Below are positions 19,220-29,529 of a stretch of 64,000 nucleotides of DNA, piece by piece; the stretch's first letter is position 1; each line of letters opens with the position of its first letter. The notes under the pieces are model-generated. The model was not told the origin of the DNA and searched no databases. It saw only the letters and a list, made by a program, of their open reading frames with translations. The DNA lies in contig JBGSJG010000008.1 of NCBI GenBank assembly GCA_041742135.1, positions 32,518-96,517 on the forward strand, read 5' to 3'. This DNA comes from Patescibacteria group bacterium (GTDB lineage: Bacteria; Patescibacteriota; Microgenomatia; UBA8517). Both the position numbers and the translations under genes were made by a program.

Positions 19220-20368
19220 ATGGATAAAGTAGTCATTGTAATGCCCACATATAAGGAAAAAGAGAATATTGGCAGTATGATTGAGGTTCTTTTTGAAAAA
19301 GAATTTCCAAAAATTAAAAATGCCCAGATGCATTTATTAGTAGTTAATGATTTACCTGCTCTGGATGGAAAAGACGATGGAACAGGAGATATAGTTCGGA
19401 ATTTTGCTAAAAAATATTCCAATCTTCATATTATTGAGCATGTCAAAGAAGGTTTGGGCTGGGCATATATTCGTGGGATGAAATATGCAGTGGACAAGCT
19501 TGGCGCTGATGCTGTCATGGAGATGGATGCAGATTTTCAGCACCCGCCAAGATTTGTAAAGCCAATGGTAGAGGCTTATTTGGGTGGCGCGGATTATGCG
19601 ATTGGCTCACGCTACATCAAAGGCGGCTCTGTTCCTGCCGAGTGGGCAACAAGTCGCAAAGCCGTGAGCTTTTTTGGCAATTTGTTCATAAGACTTGTGC
19701 TTGTGAAACCGGGTCTTCACGATTTGACAACAGGTTTTAGGCTGACTCGAGTTAAAGGAGTTTTGGACAAAATAAATTTGAATAACTTGATGGAGCCAAG
19801 CCGTTTTGCTTATAAAGTTGATTTGCTCTATCAAAGCATTAAAAATGCGAAGAAAGTTGTCGAGGTCCCCTTGGAATTCGCGGCACGCTCCAAAGAAGCC
19901 TCAAAGTTTAGCGGTAAAGAAATGATTTCTACTTTCAAGGTAGCCATAATTTTGGGAATAAAGGACAAGATCAGGTTCATTAAATTCGGAACCGTCGGAG
20001 TGGCTGGCTTTATGGTCAATTTCATTGGTATCCGATTCTTTAGATCAATAGGTTGGCCAGAAGTAGCTGCATGGCTTGTGGCCACTGAGCTTGCAATAAT
20101 TAATAATTATATTTTCAATAACATCTGGACGTTCAAAGAGAAGAAAATCGGAGGAGTGGCAAAAACAATTGCAAGCTTTGCCAAATTTAATTTTACTTCG
20201 ATTGGAGCTCTTATTATCCAGTCGGTATTTGGGCCGTTAGGTGTACGGCTTGTGGGGCAGCAGTATGATTTTATAGTTTTGGCCGTGGTAGTGGCCTTCA
20301 TGGTTCTGCCTTACAACTACTTAATGTATAACTTGGTTATTTGGAAGACCTGGAAACTTCCTAAATAG
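19220..20368 (+). CDS. Polyprenol-phosphate mannosyltransferase (DPM1/Ppm1-like GT2) fused to a GtrA flippase
   Basis: MPTYKEKENI, GLGWAY, MDADFQHPP, GSRYIKGG, DLTTGFR. C-terminal FIKFGTVG...NNIWTF with 4 TMs. Confidence 0.88.
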   Translation: MDKVVIVMPTYKEKENIGSMIEVLFEKEFPKIKNAQMHLLVVNDLPALDGKDDGTGDIVRNFAKKYSNLHIIEHVKEGLGWAYIRGMKYAVDKLGADAVMEMDADFQHPPRFVKPMVEAYLGGADYAIGSRYIKGGSVPAEWATSRKAVSFFGNLFIRLVLVKPGLHDLTTGFRLTRVKGVLDKINLNNLMEPSRFAYKVDLLYQSIKNAKKVVEVPLEFAARSKEASKFSGKEMISTFKVAIILGIKDKIRFIKFGTVGVAGFMVNFIGIRFFRSIGWPEVAAWLVATELAIINNYIFNNIWTFKEKKIGGVAKTIASFAKFNFTSIGALIIQSVFGPLGVRLVGQQYDFIVLAVVVAFMVLPYNYLMYNLVIWKTWKLPK

Positions 20369-20636
20369 CTTCTGGCTCCAAGACTTCTGAAGCGATCAAC
20401 ACTCGAGCATCGACAGGAAGCGCATCTTCGATCTTGCCTCCAAAATGGTTATACGCGGCTCTAAACCCCTGAGTATGTGCAATATTGGCCCACTCTGCCT
20501 GAGCTTCCTTACCAAGCGATGAAAATATCTTCAGTGCGTCAGGAGCCGATCCTTGAAGACGCGGAATATTTTCACTGGTAAACATCATTAGCCTCTGGCT
20601 TTCTCTCCACCTTAACGGATTATGTTCACATGTCAT
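20361..20636 (-). CDS. Small hypothetical protein (91 aa)
   Basis: ORF fills the gap between two genes. ATG at 20636 is preceded by TACCAT-N6, the same spacing seen at other operon starts. No recognisable motif. Confidence 0.5.
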   Translation of the reverse strand: MTCEHNPLRWRESQRLMMFTSENIPRLQGSAPDALKIFSSLGKEAQAEWANIAHTQGFRAAYNHFGGKIEDALPVDARVLIASEVLEPEAI

Positions 20637-20726
20637 GAAACTATGGTAATTCTTAACAACTATCAATTACTCGCAAATAGAGCTTGGTTGCTTTAAATGT
20701 CTGGTCTTGGTTGCTAAAATACAAAA

Positions 20727-21593
20727 ATGACCCCAGAGAAGTCGGTGGAGAGTGTGAAATATTCTGATGAGTGGTTTTTGCGTCTTTATCTGGCAAGCGG
20801 CTCTGTAGAGGAGGCAATCGCAAGCTATCCGGAAAATCTACCAATCTCTGCTGCCAATTTTCACCGCCTAGTGGTCAGAAATGGCCTCGTAACGTCTGCT
20901 GGCCGCCATGTAAGCTTGCCCGAAACGCTGCATTTTTTTAGGCTTAAGGCTATGGAGCAAGATACTCCGCTTGAGCGCCTGTACCGCGAGTTCCCACCTT
21001 CTTTTAAAACTTCACTTTCTACTCTCCACAGAGTTTATCAGCGGATCGAAAAAGGCTTAGTGAATCGCAAAGCTGCGGCACTTTTGATTTCAGCCGAAAG
21101 TGATCGGACACAGATACTTATCGGCAGAGAGCTTACGGGCAACAGCCGCTATGGAAAGCACGCTGGGGATTTCTCGATTCCTATGGGTTTTTCAAGACAA
21201 GAAGAGTCATCAGTTGAATCGGTTGCAAGAGTGCTTCAACAGGAAGTTTTTGCAGGCGAAGCGGCAAAAGGCAATCTCCACACCGGCAGTGAACTTTTCA
21301 AAAAAATCGTACCCGAAAATATTGAACCAATAGCGTATTTTGATATTGTTGATGTTGAGGTGTCTGTTTATTGCCTGAGCATCCCAATAATTCACCCTGC
21401 CTTTGAGAGTTACAAACTTGCTGAGCATCAATTCCTAAATTTTGGCGATATGGAGGCTTTGTCTCTTCGCACAGGTGTGGGAGAGATTGTTAATATTTAT
21501 CAAAGCTATTTGGACAACCCTTACACTGTTGAATTCCCCGTTCGTTATAGATCAGAAGTTAATTTAGCACTTTCGCAAGTGTTTGAACTATAA
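20727..21593 (+). CDS. Hypothetical protein: putative HTH region + degenerate Nudix domain
   Basis: ISAANFHRLV and TSLSTLHRVY look like HTH recognition helices. FSIPMGFSRQEESSVESVARVLQQEV fits Nudix-box spacing but lacks key Glu residues. Preceded by TGcTAAAAT-N6. Confidence 0.5.
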   Translation: MTPEKSVESVKYSDEWFLRLYLASGSVEEAIASYPENLPISAANFHRLVVRNGLVTSAGRHVSLPETLHFFRLKAMEQDTPLERLYREFPPSFKTSLSTLHRVYQRIEKGLVNRKAAALLISAESDRTQILIGRELTGNSRYGKHAGDFSIPMGFSRQEESSVESVARVLQQEVFAGEAAKGNLHTGSELFKKIVPENIEPIAYFDIVDVEVSVYCLSIPIIHPAFESYKLAEHQFLNFGDMEALSLRTGVGEIVNIYQSYLDNPYTVEFPVRYRSEVNLALSQVFEL

Positions 21594-22742
21594 AAATGGC
21601 CCCCAGTCAGCTATTGGCATTACGTTGTTTGAGATAAAGGCCAAGGAAAATAGCACCACAGGTACAACAATAATAGCTAAAATTATCTTAAATTCTTTAG
21701 TTGATAATTCACGCCAAAAGGCCAAAAGAATATAAGGCATGATGGGGAGCGAATATCTCATCAAATCACGATGAGATACAAAAAATATTGTGACAGTAAA
21801 AATCCCCACAAACCAAGCAAGAACTACTTGCTTTTGCTTAACCAGAGCCATAAGCCCGAGAAGTGCAAAAATATAGATAAAAATTATCTCCTCTAGCCAG
21901 TGAGTGTTCACCCAAGGTTGTGAGTAGTTAAATATCTGGAAAGGTGGGAAAAAGAGGTGAATATTGTCCCCAGAGTTAAAATACGCTAGAAAATCTCCAA
22001 ACTGGATTTTGTAAAAATAAAACAGCCCCAATAAAGAAATTGGAATCAAAAAGATCGGATAAGCTCTATAGGAGAGCCCCGAAATCCAAGCAGGAACACT
22101 TTTGGTTGCCAAGTCTTTAAGCTTCGGCATGACAATAGCACAAAAATAGGCGACAAACAGAAGAATTGCAGGAGACTTTGTAAGCTGTGCAAGAGCTCCA
22201 AAGATTCCCGCCAACCAATATTGTTTTTTGTTAAAGTGATAAATTGAGGCCATTATTAGCCCAACAAACAAAGGTTCTGGCGAGCCAACCGCTTTCACTA
22301 TCAGCCACCGTGCTGGAAATACTGCAAAGACAAGTGACAGCCAAAGTGCAATTTTGGCGTTAGTAAATTTTTTGGCAAGTAAATAAAAATACGCAGAGCT
22401 AAGTACCGATCCAAACAGTGTCGCAAAAAGCATCCCCCAGGGGAACCCCAGAGGAAGGGCAAAAAGCCTTATCGTTAGAGGATAAAGAGGAAAGTGAGCT
22501 GCGTAATATTCCAATGGAAGGGGAAATGAGTAGTTTGCGGCGATACTGGGCAAATGGTAGAAGGTTTTTGCGATAACTATATATAGTGGTCCATCATAGT
22601 TGGCGGCGACATTTTGCATCCCACCTTCAGGGATCGGTATACCCAAGAAAGACTCAAAACCAAGCAGAAACGGAAGCCACAGCAACACTGTTGGTAGCAC
22701 TCCAAGAAGTACCAAGTATGCTAAAACTGACAAGTTCTTCAT
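21588..22742 (-). CDS. GT-C mannosyltransferase, PIG-V/GT76-like
   Basis: NYDGPLYIVIA, AHFPLYP, SPEPLF, DLMRY, multi-TM. Confidence 0.7.
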   Translation of the reverse strand: MKNLSVLAYLVLLGVLPTVLLWLPFLLGFESFLGIPIPEGGMQNVAANYDGPLYIVIAKTFYHLPSIAANYSFPLPLEYYAAHFPLYPLTIRLFALPLGFPWGMLFATLFGSVLSSAYFYLLAKKFTNAKIALWLSLVFAVFPARWLIVKAVGSPEPLFVGLIMASIYHFNKKQYWLAGIFGALAQLTKSPAILLFVAYFCAIVMPKLKDLATKSVPAWISGLSYRAYPIFLIPISLLGLFYFYKIQFGDFLAYFNSGDNIHLFFPPFQIFNYSQPWVNTHWLEEIIFIYIFALLGLMALVKQKQVVLAWFVGIFTVTIFFVSHRDLMRYSLPIMPYILLAFWRELSTKEFKIILAIIVVPVVLFSLAFISNNVMPIADWGPFL

Positions 22743-22792
22743 TCCTAATTTTACTAAATTTTAAGCTTAGATTATACTAACTACAGATTAGC

Positions 22793-23497
22793 ATGAAAAC
22801 ACCCGAGCTCTCTGTATTTTTTCCAGCTTACAACGAGGAGGCAAACATTGCAACGACAGTGGAGCGTGCTACAAAGATTTTGCCCAACGTTGCAAAAAAA
22901 TGGGAAATTATTATTGTCGATGATGGCTCGCGCGATAAGACTCCTGAAATTTCAGACCGCCTTGCACGCAAACATAAAAACGTAAGAGCAATTCACCACA
23001 ACCCTAATCGCGGGTATGGTGGGGCCTTCAAGACCGGTTTTGAGTCTTCTAAATACGACTGGATAGCATTTACCGATTCAGACGGCCAGTTTGATTTGGC
23101 TGAAATTACGCAATTTATTGATAAACAAAAGAAGAGCCGTGCTGACATCGTAATTGGTTACTATAAAAAACGTCAGGTTTCAAAAACCAAGATTCTTACA
23201 AGTAAAATCTGGGAGTATGTTGTTTATTTTTTCTTTGGGCTTAAAGTGACAGACATCGATTGTGGGTTTAAATATGTATCTAAAAAAGTAGTCGATAAAA
23301 TATTTCCTCTAGAAAGTGAACGTGGAGCGTTTATCTCAAGTGAATTTCTTATTAAAGCTCGCAAAAGCGGGTTCAAAATAGTTGAAATTCCGATTACGCA
23401 CTACCCGAGAACAAAAGGCGCGGGAACCGGAAGAGACATAAAAGTCATCATAAAAAGCTTCGAAGATTTGTTTCGCCTTTGGCTAAAACTGCGATGA
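22793..23497 (+). CDS. GT2 polyprenol-phosphate glycosyltransferase (DPM/DPG-like)
   Basis: FFPAYNEE, VDDGSRD, NRGYGGA, DSDGQFD, DIDCGFK. Confidence 0.87.
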   Translation: MKTPELSVFFPAYNEEANIATTVERATKILPNVAKKWEIIIVDDGSRDKTPEISDRLARKHKNVRAIHHNPNRGYGGAFKTGFESSKYDWIAFTDSDGQFDLAEITQFIDKQKKSRADIVIGYYKKRQVSKTKILTSKIWEYVVYFFFGLKVTDIDCGFKYVSKKVVDKIFPLESERGAFISSEFLIKARKSGFKIVEIPITHYPRTKGAGTGRDIKVIIKSFEDLFRLWLKLR

Positions 23498-25023
23498 AAA
23501 AGCTAGGTGCCGCTATCCGCCGAAATAAAACTGAGTTTATTATTTTATCTTTAATTCTGCTTGTTGGAGCATTTTTGCGGTTTTACAAAATAGATCAATA
23601 CCTCACTTTTTTGGGAGACGAAGGCCGGGATGTTCTTTTGGTTAGAAGATTCTTAGTCGAGGGTGATATCTTTCTAATTGGGCCGGGCACTTCCATTGGT
23701 AACATGTATCTGGGGCCGCTTTATTATTACTTAATTGCGCCCTTTTTGTGGGTGGCGAATTATTCTCCTGTTGGGCCAGCAGCAATGATAGCAGGCTTAG
23801 GAGTGGTAACAATTGCTTTTGTTTGGTGGGTGGGCCGAGAGTTTTTTGGAAAGCATGCCGCAATAGTTGCTTCACTTTTGTATGCTATTTCGCCAACGGT
23901 AATCATTTATTCTCGCTCTTCGTGGAACCCCAACATTATGCCATTTTTTGCCCTTTTGTGTGTTTATTCGCTTTGGCGTGTTTACTCAAAAAACCAGCCT
24001 AGATGGCTACTAGTCCTTGGTGTGTCGTTTGCGTTTGTACTTCAGTCGCACTACTTGGGGCTCGTCTTGGCTCCAACACTTGCGGTTTATTGGTTTTTGT
24101 CTTTGATAAAAGTCTGGAGAAATAAAGATTCAAGAGTAAAGTTTATTCTTAATTCATTTTTTGGCTTTGCAATCTTCTTGCTATTAATGTCACCCTTGGC
24201 AATTTTTGATGCTCGGCACAATTGGCAAAACCTAGAAGCTATCAAAAAGTTTTTCTTTGAGCGGCAGACAACGGTTTCTGCAAGGCCATGGAATGCATTA
24301 CCTGTGATTTGGCCAGAGCTTAAAGAGATAAGCACTCGACTAGTGGGAGGGCGTAGCATGGTCTTTGGCGAGTGGGTTGCGTTGTTTTTAGCTGGAGGCT
24401 CAGTGTTTGCACTGGTTAAAAACAGGCTTGGGAGCAAAAAGTCTTTGATGGCCTTCGTGTTACTTTTAGTTTGGCTAGGGATGTCGCTTGTTGGGCTTGG
24501 GCTTTATAAACAACATATTTATGATCACTATTACGGCTTTTTCTTTGTAGTGCCATTTTTATTGCTAGGCGGTATTTCTCAGGCATTCATCAATCAATCT
24601 AAAATCCGTGGTGTTTGGATTGTCGCAACCGTGATAGTTTTTGCGGTTTATTTTAATTTGCAGGAAAATCCTTTAAGATCGAGCCCAAACAATCAGATGG
24701 GAAGGACGAGGCAGGCTGCCGATAGAATAATCGAGCTTGCAGACGGAAGGCCTCTTAATTTGGCTGTGTTGGCCGAGCGAAACTATGAAGACGCTTATCA
24801 GTATTTTTTGGAGGCTCGTAATGTGCAGGTTCTTGAAATCAACCCACAAGAGCTGGAAAACACACTCGCCCAGCAGCTTTTTGTGGTCTGTGAACTTCCC
24901 GAAGAGAAATGCGATCCGGTTCATAGTCCAAAAACGGAAATAGCGAATTTTGGCTGGAGCGTGGTCGAAAGTAAAGAAAATGTGGCTGGAGTAATTCTTT
25001 ACAAATTAGTTCACTCCGAGTAG
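23494..25023 (+). CDS. GT-C fold glycosyltransferase (ArnT/PMT-like)
   Basis: GDEGRD, LIGP, GPLYYY, SRSSWNPN, multi-TM. ATGA-coupled start at 23494. Confidence 0.82.
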   Translation: MKKLGAAIRRNKTEFIILSLILLVGAFLRFYKIDQYLTFLGDEGRDVLLVRRFLVEGDIFLIGPGTSIGNMYLGPLYYYLIAPFLWVANYSPVGPAAMIAGLGVVTIAFVWWVGREFFGKHAAIVASLLYAISPTVIIYSRSSWNPNIMPFFALLCVYSLWRVYSKNQPRWLLVLGVSFAFVLQSHYLGLVLAPTLAVYWFLSLIKVWRNKDSRVKFILNSFFGFAIFLLLMSPLAIFDARHNWQNLEAIKKFFFERQTTVSARPWNALPVIWPELKEISTRLVGGRSMVFGEWVALFLAGGSVFALVKNRLGSKKSLMAFVLLLVWLGMSLVGLGLYKQHIYDHYYGFFFVVPFLLLGGISQAFINQSKIRGVWIVATVIVFAVYFNLQENPLRSSPNNQMGRTRQAADRIIELADGRPLNLAVLAERNYEDAYQYFLEARNVQVLEINPQELENTLAQQLFVVCELPEEKCDPVHSPKTEIANFGWSVVESKENVAGVILYKLVHSE

Positions 25024-25053
25024 ACTCGACTAGAGTTTTTTCATTAAAACCCA

Positions 25054-26037
25054 ATGACATACCGTGAATCGCAAGAAATATTGGCAAAAATTAAGAGTGC
25101 TAATAAGATCTTAATCAATTGCCACCAACGCCCGGATGTAGACTCAATAAGTAGCGCACTGTCTATGTGCCAGGCTCTGCATCAGCTTGGAAAAGAAGTA
25201 AAAATTATCTGCCCAGACGAAAAGTTGCCAGAGTTAGATTTTTTAGAATGTTACGAACATTTTGCAACAATTGACTTTGCAAACTTCAATTTTAGCGATT
25301 ATGATTTGTTTATTATTCTTGATTCTGCAAGCCAAGAGGTGGTGACGGGCAGTAAAGAAATTAAGCTTCCAAATATTCCAACCATCGTGATCGATCACCA
25401 CATGACCAATCTAAGCTTTGGAGACATTAATTTGATCGACGAGCAAAGATCGGCTGCCACAGAACTTTTATACCTGTTGTTTGTCGACTGGGGTATAAAA
25501 ATTACCCGACCTCTGGCGACTTCACTTCTGACCGGTATATTGGGCGATACTGGTGCTTTCGAGTATCACAATACAACTCCAAAGACTCTCCAGATAGCTT
25601 CGAAGCTTATGAAAAAAGGAGCTGACAAAGACGAGATACTTCTTAAAATATTTAGAAGTAAGCAACTTAATCTTTTGAAATTTTGGGGCAAAGTGTTAGA
25701 TGAGTTGGAGGTTGATGAAAGCGGCAAATTTACCTGGTGCGCAATTGCCTATGCGGATTATCAAAAACTTGGTTTTCCCCAGACTGCTCGTGAATCGGCA
25801 AGCTCATCGTTTATCAGAATGGTGGAGGGAACAGAGTTTGGGATCGTGATGCTTGAAGAGGAGCCCGGCGTGCTTCGTGTGAGCCTTAGATCCAGAAGCT
25901 CGGATTTTGATGTTTCAGAAATTGCATTAGCCTTGGGAGGAGGAGGGCACTCTGGTGCGGCCGGAGCAACAGTGATAAACGGATCGTTCGAGGAGTCTGT
26001 TGAAAAAGTTGTAGACACAGCTCGAAAATTTATATAA
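25054..26037 (+). CDS. DHH/DHHA1 phosphoesterase (NrnA-like), copy 1
   Basis: HQRPDVD, LDSA, IDHH, GDTGAF, SLRS, GGGGH. Confidence 0.9.
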   Translation: MTYRESQEILAKIKSANKILINCHQRPDVDSISSALSMCQALHQLGKEVKIICPDEKLPELDFLECYEHFATIDFANFNFSDYDLFIILDSASQEVVTGSKEIKLPNIPTIVIDHHMTNLSFGDINLIDEQRSAATELLYLLFVDWGIKITRPLATSLLTGILGDTGAFEYHNTTPKTLQIASKLMKKGADKDEILLKIFRSKQLNLLKFWGKVLDELEVDESGKFTWCAIAYADYQKLGFPQTARESASSSFIRMVEGTEFGIVMLEEEPGVLRVSLRSRSSDFDVSEIALALGGGGHSGAAGATVINGSFEESVEKVVDTARKFI

Positions 26038-27015
26038 ATGAATTACAAAGAATCAAAAAAGATACTTCAGTTAATTAAACAAGCTAAAAATATCTTGATC
26101 AATTGCCATGTGCATCCAGACGCTGACTCGGTTGGAGGAGCATTGGCTTTGGCGCTAGTCATAAAAAGATTGGATAAAAAAGTGAAGATAGTTTGTGCTG
26201 ACCCAATTGGCGATGAACTTAGGTTTTTAACTAGTTCAGAGTTAATCGAAGAGACTGATTTTTCAAAATTAGATTATGAAGAATATGACTTGTTTTTGGC
26301 TTTGGATACATCAACTTGGGATAGGGTGTGTGGAAGTAAGGACTTGCCTTTGCCAGATATTAAAATTATTCAAATAGATCACCATAAGACAAATTCTATG
26401 TATGGCCAAATTAATCTAGTTGATTACACCAAAAAATCAAATTGCGAGATTTTGTACAAGGTCTTTGAGGATTGGCAGGTTAAAATTGACGAGAAGCTGG
26501 CGCAATATTTGCTGACTGGAATCATTGGTGACACGGGAAGTTTCCAATATGAAACGCCACCAGAAACTTTGGAGCTTGCGGCAAAACTCATGAGATTAGG
26601 GGGAAACAAGGAGGAAATCAGCAAAAACTTATCTAGAAGTGTGGAATTTGGTGACATTAAAATAATCGGGGAGTTATTAAGGAATGCCGTCTTCGATAAA
26701 AAACACAAGTTTATATGGTGTGCGATACCGTATAAATTTATCAAAAATTATTCTGAAGACCCGAAATTAGACGCAGTCGATTTGCTGCTTCAAGGGACTA
26801 GAGGAGCTACGTTTGGGATTAGGATGGTCGAAAAAGCACCTAAAGAGGTAAGTGTAAGTTTAAGAGCGAGGGATGATTTTGACACGTCGAAAATTTCAGT
26901 AGAACTTGGCGGAGGCGGACACCCAGTAGCTTCAGGCGCGAAAATTGTTGGTATGAACTTTAATGAGGTTGTTGAAAAAGTTCTTCAGACTGCGAGGAAG
27001 TATGCCAGCCAGTAA
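26038..27015 (+). CDS. DHH/DHHA1 phosphoesterase (NrnA-like), copy 2
   Basis: HVHPDAD, LDTS, IDHH, GDTGSF, SLRA, GGGGH. Confidence 0.9.
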   Translation: MNYKESKKILQLIKQAKNILINCHVHPDADSVGGALALALVIKRLDKKVKIVCADPIGDELRFLTSSELIEETDFSKLDYEEYDLFLALDTSTWDRVCGSKDLPLPDIKIIQIDHHKTNSMYGQINLVDYTKKSNCEILYKVFEDWQVKIDEKLAQYLLTGIIGDTGSFQYETPPETLELAAKLMRLGGNKEEISKNLSRSVEFGDIKIIGELLRNAVFDKKHKFIWCAIPYKFIKNYSEDPKLDAVDLLLQGTRGATFGIRMVEKAPKEVSVSLRARDDFDTSKISVELGGGGHPVASGAKIVGMNFNEVVEKVLQTARKYASQ

Positions 27016-27044
27016 GCTGATATAATTTCTTATAAACTATTCGC

Positions 27045-28052
27045 ATGAATTACACAGAATCTGTCGCCATAAAGCAAAAAATTGATTCTTCAGAGCGGAT
27101 TTTAGTCAACTGCCACCACAATCCGGATGCGGATTCTGTGGGAAGTGCCTTGGCTATGGCTCGGCTTTTGCGTTTTTGGAAAAAAGATGTAAGGATAATT
27201 TGCCCGACAGAAGTTCCCTCGAATCTACAATTTTTACTTGGAGAAGAAAAAATTGAGACCGTAGATTTCTCGAGTTTTGAATTTGGAAGTTATGATCTTT
27301 TTATCGCGCTTGATTCGTCAAGCTGGAGCAGAGTCGCTGGATCACAGGATGTTTTAAAGCCAGATATTCCCTTTGTCGTGATTGATCACCACAAGTCCAA
27401 TAAACGCTTTGGTGAAATAAGTCTGATTGTTCCCGAGGCTGCTGCCAATTGTGAAGTTTTGTATTATCTTTTTTCAGACTGGGGAGTGTCCCCTGATGTG
27501 GAGAGAGATTTTCCTGACATCCACACGCCTTTACTGACTGGAATAATCGGAGACACTGGAGCTTTCCGCTTTCCAGAAGCAGACACGGCAACTTTCGCTG
27601 TTGCAAGTGAGCTCATGAAGTTGGCGAATAAAGACAAAATAATATTTAATTTGTATCAATCATACGGCGAAAATCATGTTATGGTTTGGCGCGCCCTTTT
27701 AGATAATTTGCGAGTAGATCACGAGCATAAGTTTGTTTATTCATTTATCCCTAAAGAAATTCTGGAAAAAAATGGAAAGCCCGCAAACGCCAAAAGCGAG
27801 CTGGCTGATATGTTGTTTCAAAGTATTGAAGGAACAGATTTTGGGCTTGTGGGAGCGGAGGATAATGGTTATATCTCTGTAAGTTTCAGAAGCCGTACGG
27901 GAGTAGATGTTTCCAAAATTGCTGAGAGTCTCGGTGGTGGGGGGCACGCATGGGCTTCGGCGGCTCGAGTTTATGATGTAAACTATGATAATGCAGTACA
28001 AACGATTTTGGACCACGCTCGCGAGTTTGCGAAAAAGCTTCAAAAAGCATAG
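27045..28052 (+). CDS. DHH/DHHA1 phosphoesterase (NrnA-like), copy 3
   Basis: HHNPDAD, LDSS, IDHH, GDTGAF, SFRS, GGGGH. Confidence 0.9.
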   Translation: MNYTESVAIKQKIDSSERILVNCHHNPDADSVGSALAMARLLRFWKKDVRIICPTEVPSNLQFLLGEEKIETVDFSSFEFGSYDLFIALDSSSWSRVAGSQDVLKPDIPFVVIDHHKSNKRFGEISLIVPEAAANCEVLYYLFSDWGVSPDVERDFPDIHTPLLTGIIGDTGAFRFPEADTATFAVASELMKLANKDKIIFNLYQSYGENHVMVWRALLDNLRVDHEHKFVYSFIPKEILEKNGKPANAKSELADMLFQSIEGTDFGLVGAEDNGYISVSFRSRTGVDVSKIAESLGGGGHAWASAARVYDVNYDNAVQTILDHAREFAKKLQKA

Positions 28053-29511
28053 GACTTACTACTTGTTGTTAATTGTAATTTTATTTATCGCCCTATTTTT
28101 ACGTGTATATAGGGCAGGGGAGGTGCTGGGGTTTTATTTTGATCAAGGCCGCGACGCCCTTCACATCTGGGACCTAATCCACAAAGGAGACATATTTTTG
28201 ATTGGGCCCACGACCGGAATTGCTGGCATTTTTCGTGGCCCATTTTATTATTACCTCATTACTCCTTTTTACTTTTTGTCAGGCGGAAACCCAACTCTTC
28301 CAGCTAATTTTCTGGCCTTAACTTCAGTATTAGGACTCGCCGTAATGGGCTATTTGGCTACAAAAGTTCATTCAAAAGAATCTGCTTTCTTTGGCTTAGT
28401 TTTAGCTACATTTTCTTTTGGTCTAATTTTTGATTCTCGTTGGCTTTCAAACCCAACTCCCATGCTTTTGATTTCAATGCTTTTCCTCGCATGCATTTTT
28501 GCCGCAATAGAATCTAAAAAATGGGCTTGGCCAGCAATCTCATTCTCGGCAGGTATTTCCCTTTTTCACTTCGGCAGTTCGGGCGAATTTTTCTATTTCC
28601 CTGCACTTTTAATATTCCTGATTTGGAAACGCAAAGATTTAAGTCCGAAAATTATAGCCCTATCGATATTTTTGTTTATTCTTTCCGCGTCGCCTTTGAT
28701 ACTTTTTGATCTTAAAAACAATTTCTTACTGACCAACAATATTAAAAGTTTTCTTTTTGAGCGGGAGAGCTTTAAAACCGATTTTTTTGTTATTTTGGCC
28801 GAAAGATTGGAGTTTTACAGGGCAACATTTTTGGGTAGAATATTTCCAAATCTCACCACAGCAGCCAACATATTTTTAGCTGTAATAATAATTAATTTGG
28901 TTGCTAAATTACCAAAACTTTTACATTCTAAATATTTTAAGGCTCTTGCAATCCTTTTTCTGTCTCCCCTGATTGGCCTTTTGTTTTTTCAAGGTAACGA
29001 AGGCAATGTTTATGGATATTACCTGACCGGTTACTTTTTGATTTTCTTTCTTTTAATGGGAATCTCCCTCGCGGAGCTCTGGAAAAGTGTTATCGGAAAA
29101 GTTTTTGTCTTGGTATTTTTGGGCTTTATGATTCAGGCAAACCTGCCTTTGGCTTTTTCTCGGATGAGCGATGGCGGCGATGGGCCTGACACGATTATCC
29201 TTCGAAACCAAACTAAGGCTATTGATTGGATTTATAAAGACGCTGCTGGGGTAGAATTTAATGTTGATGTTTACGTACCGCCCGTAATCCCTTATGCATA
29301 TGATTATCTTTTCACCTGGAAAGAAAGTTTACCTGAATATGGCGGGAAGGTGGAGAAGTTGACACCGCTTTTGTATACTTTATACGAGGTTGATCCGCCA
29401 CACCCAGAGCGTTTGGAAGCTTGGCTTAAAAGGCAAGCGGGGATTGGAGCAGTTGACAGTGAAGCAGAATTTGGAGGCATTACTGTCCAGAGACGGCATA
29501 GGCTCAACTAG
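28027..29511 (+). CDS. GT-C fold glycosyltransferase (paralog of 23494)
   Basis: FDQGRD, GDIFLIGP, GPFYYY, SRWLSNP. Start is uncertain (TTG 28027 chosen; frame open from 27985). Confidence 0.8.
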   Translation: MRKSFKKHRTYYLLLIVILFIALFLRVYRAGEVLGFYFDQGRDALHIWDLIHKGDIFLIGPTTGIAGIFRGPFYYYLITPFYFLSGGNPTLPANFLALTSVLGLAVMGYLATKVHSKESAFFGLVLATFSFGLIFDSRWLSNPTPMLLISMLFLACIFAAIESKKWAWPAISFSAGISLFHFGSSGEFFYFPALLIFLIWKRKDLSPKIIALSIFLFILSASPLILFDLKNNFLLTNNIKSFLFERESFKTDFFVILAERLEFYRATFLGRIFPNLTTAANIFLAVIIINLVAKLPKLLHSKYFKALAILFLSPLIGLLFFQGNEGNVYGYYLTGYFLIFFLLMGISLAELWKSVIGKVFVLVFLGFMIQANLPLAFSRMSDGGDGPDTIILRNQTKAIDWIYKDAAGVEFNVDVYVPPVIPYAYDYLFTWKESLPEYGGKVEKLTPLLYTLYEVDPPHPERLEAWLKRQAGIGAVDSEAEFGGITVQRRHRLN

Positions 29512-29529
29512 GCTATACTACAATTGCAT

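Noticed and set aside
20653-20844. 63-aa minus-strand ORF
   Set aside because: It overlaps the better-supported 20727 gene and its promoter.
25023-25041. Possible terminator GACTC-gacta-GAGTT followed by a T run
   Set aside because: The stem is only 4-5 bp, too weak to call.
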